Below, piece after piece: positions 6,954-7,744 of a stretch of DNA of 7,744 bases (position 1 is its first letter; every line of letters begins with the position of its first letter). The stretch lies in IMG/VR virus record IMGVR_UViG_2660237951_000006; one strand, written 5' to 3'. The stretch is from a virus (taxonomy: Duplodnaviria > Heunggongvirae > Uroviricota > Caudoviricetes). Under the pieces are notes generated by a model that had not been told where the DNA came from, ran no database searches, and saw nothing but the letters and a program-made list of their open reading frames with translations. The translations under genes and the position numbers were made by a program.

Positions 6954-7394
6954 TCACTTAAGACACTGCTCTTTGATGTATTCCTGCAAATATCCAACCT
7001 GTTTCGTCACTGTGACGATTCGCTCTCTGAGGGTGAAATAATCCCGTTCAGCGGAGTCAGTAAGTCGGGGGCCGGTAACATCGCCCAGGCCGCCGGTGCT
7101 GGTCGTTCCGTTCGCGGGACAGTTTGCGTTGAGCTGCAGCCGCTTACGGCCAGCAGAAACATCAGCACGGAGACTTTCGATAGTAGCGTTAGCATCAGCA
7201 AGCTCCTTTGTGTATCTGGCGTCGAGTTCTGCTACATCACGTTGACGCTTCTGCATGTCAGCGATTGTGGATGCGGCTTTATCGCGCTGTTCTTTGTAGG
7301 CGATGGCGTTATCACGGTAATGATTAACAGCCCATGACAGGCAGACGATGATGCAGATAACCAGAGCGGAGATAATCGCGGTTACTCTGCTCAT
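6954..7394 (-). CDS. Rz: Rz inner-membrane spanin (i-spanin), lambda Rz-like
   Basis: 146-aa ORF with an N-terminal transmembrane segment ([23 protein letters not shown]) and a coiled-coil periplasmic domain. The N-terminus and the [10 protein letters not shown] motif match my recollection of lambda Rz. The ATG overlaps the endolysin stop (ATGA). Confidence 0.9.
   Translation of the reverse strand: MSRVTAIISALVICIIVCLSWAVNHYRDNAIAYKEQRDKAASTIADMQKRQRDVAELDARYTKELADANATIESLRADVSAGRKRLQLNANCPANGTTSTGGLGDVTGPRLTDSAERDYFTLRERIVTVTKQVGYLQEYIKEQCLK
7007..7201 (-). CDS. Rz1: Rz1 outer-membrane lipoprotein spanin (o-spanin), embedded in the +1 frame of Rz
   Basis: ORF lies entirely inside Rz in another frame. 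Signal peptide with lipobox LAVSGC, a proline-rich mature part, and the C-terminal motif [11 protein letters not shown] shared with lambda Rz1. The true start may be a downstream Met. Confidence 0.85.
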   Translation of the reverse strand: MLMLTLLSKVSVLMFLLAVSGCSSTQTVPRTERPAPAAWAMLPAPDLLTPLNGIISPSESESSQ

Positions 7395-7744
7395 ACCTCA
7401 ATCTCTCTGACCGTTCCGCCAGCTTCTTTGAATTTTGCAATCAGGCTGTCAGCCTTATGCTCGAACTGACCATAACCAGCGCCCGGCAGTGAAGCCCAGA
7501 TATTGCTGCAACGGTCGATTGCCTGACGAATATCGCCGCGATCAATCATTGGTAAAGCGCCACGTTCTTTAATCTGCTGCAGAGCTACAGCGTCCTGGCT
7601 TTCTGGAGAAAAATCTTTCAGGCCAAGCTGTTTACGGTAAGCATCCCACCAGCGTGAAAGAAGCTGGTAACGTCCGGCAGCTGTTGATTTGAGTTTGGGG
7701 TTTAGCGTGACAAGTTTGCGAGGGTGATCGGAGTAATCAGTGAA
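7391..7744 (-). CDS. R: Endolysin (lambda R-type lytic transglycosylase), 3' portion; the N-terminus lies beyond the window edge
   Basis: My own translation of the minus strand from 7744 gives [117 protein letters not shown], then a stop. This matches my recollection of the lambda R C-terminus almost residue for residue. The track omits it because no start codon is inside the window. Confidence 0.9.
   Translation of the reverse strand, partial: FTDYSDHPRKLVTLNPKLKSTAAGRYQLLSRWWDAYRKQLGLKDFSPESQDAVALQQIKERGALPMIDRGDIRQAIDRCSNIWASLPGAGYGQFEHKADSLIAKFKEAGGTVREIEV

Noticed and set aside
1-7744. Search for CRISPR arrays, insertion-sequence or transposase genes, integrase or att sites, and tandem repeats
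   Set aside because: No direct repeat arrays with regular spacing, no transposase-like ORFs and no terminal inverted repeats flanking a gene were seen. The window appears to be an internal prophage late region with no prophage boundary.

Overview
This window is the late region of a lambdoid, HK97-type (cos-packaging) phage or prophage of an enterobacterial host, with every supported gene on the minus strand. Reading in the phage's own direction (high to low coordinate): the 3' part of a lambda-like endolysin R, then nested Rz/Rz1 spanins, an intrinsic terminator, a 66-aa unknown ORF, a ~410-bp ORF-free stretch, an HNH endonuclease, a candidate cos region, terminase small and large subunits, a 60-aa two-helix membrane ORF, portal, prohead protease, major capsid protein, a GC stem-loop and a 75-aa unknown ORF. 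I see no clear defence- or toxin-system signature. The items most worth a second look are the membrane mini-ORF translationally coupled between terminase and portal, the 66-aa ORF plus the unusually long non-coding gap with a 20-bp palindrome downstream of the lysis cassette, and the GC inverted repeat with a U-tract between the HNH and terminase genes. All family assignments come from reading the supplied translations and recalled family features; no database search was run. The plus-strand ORFs in the track all look like antisense artefacts.
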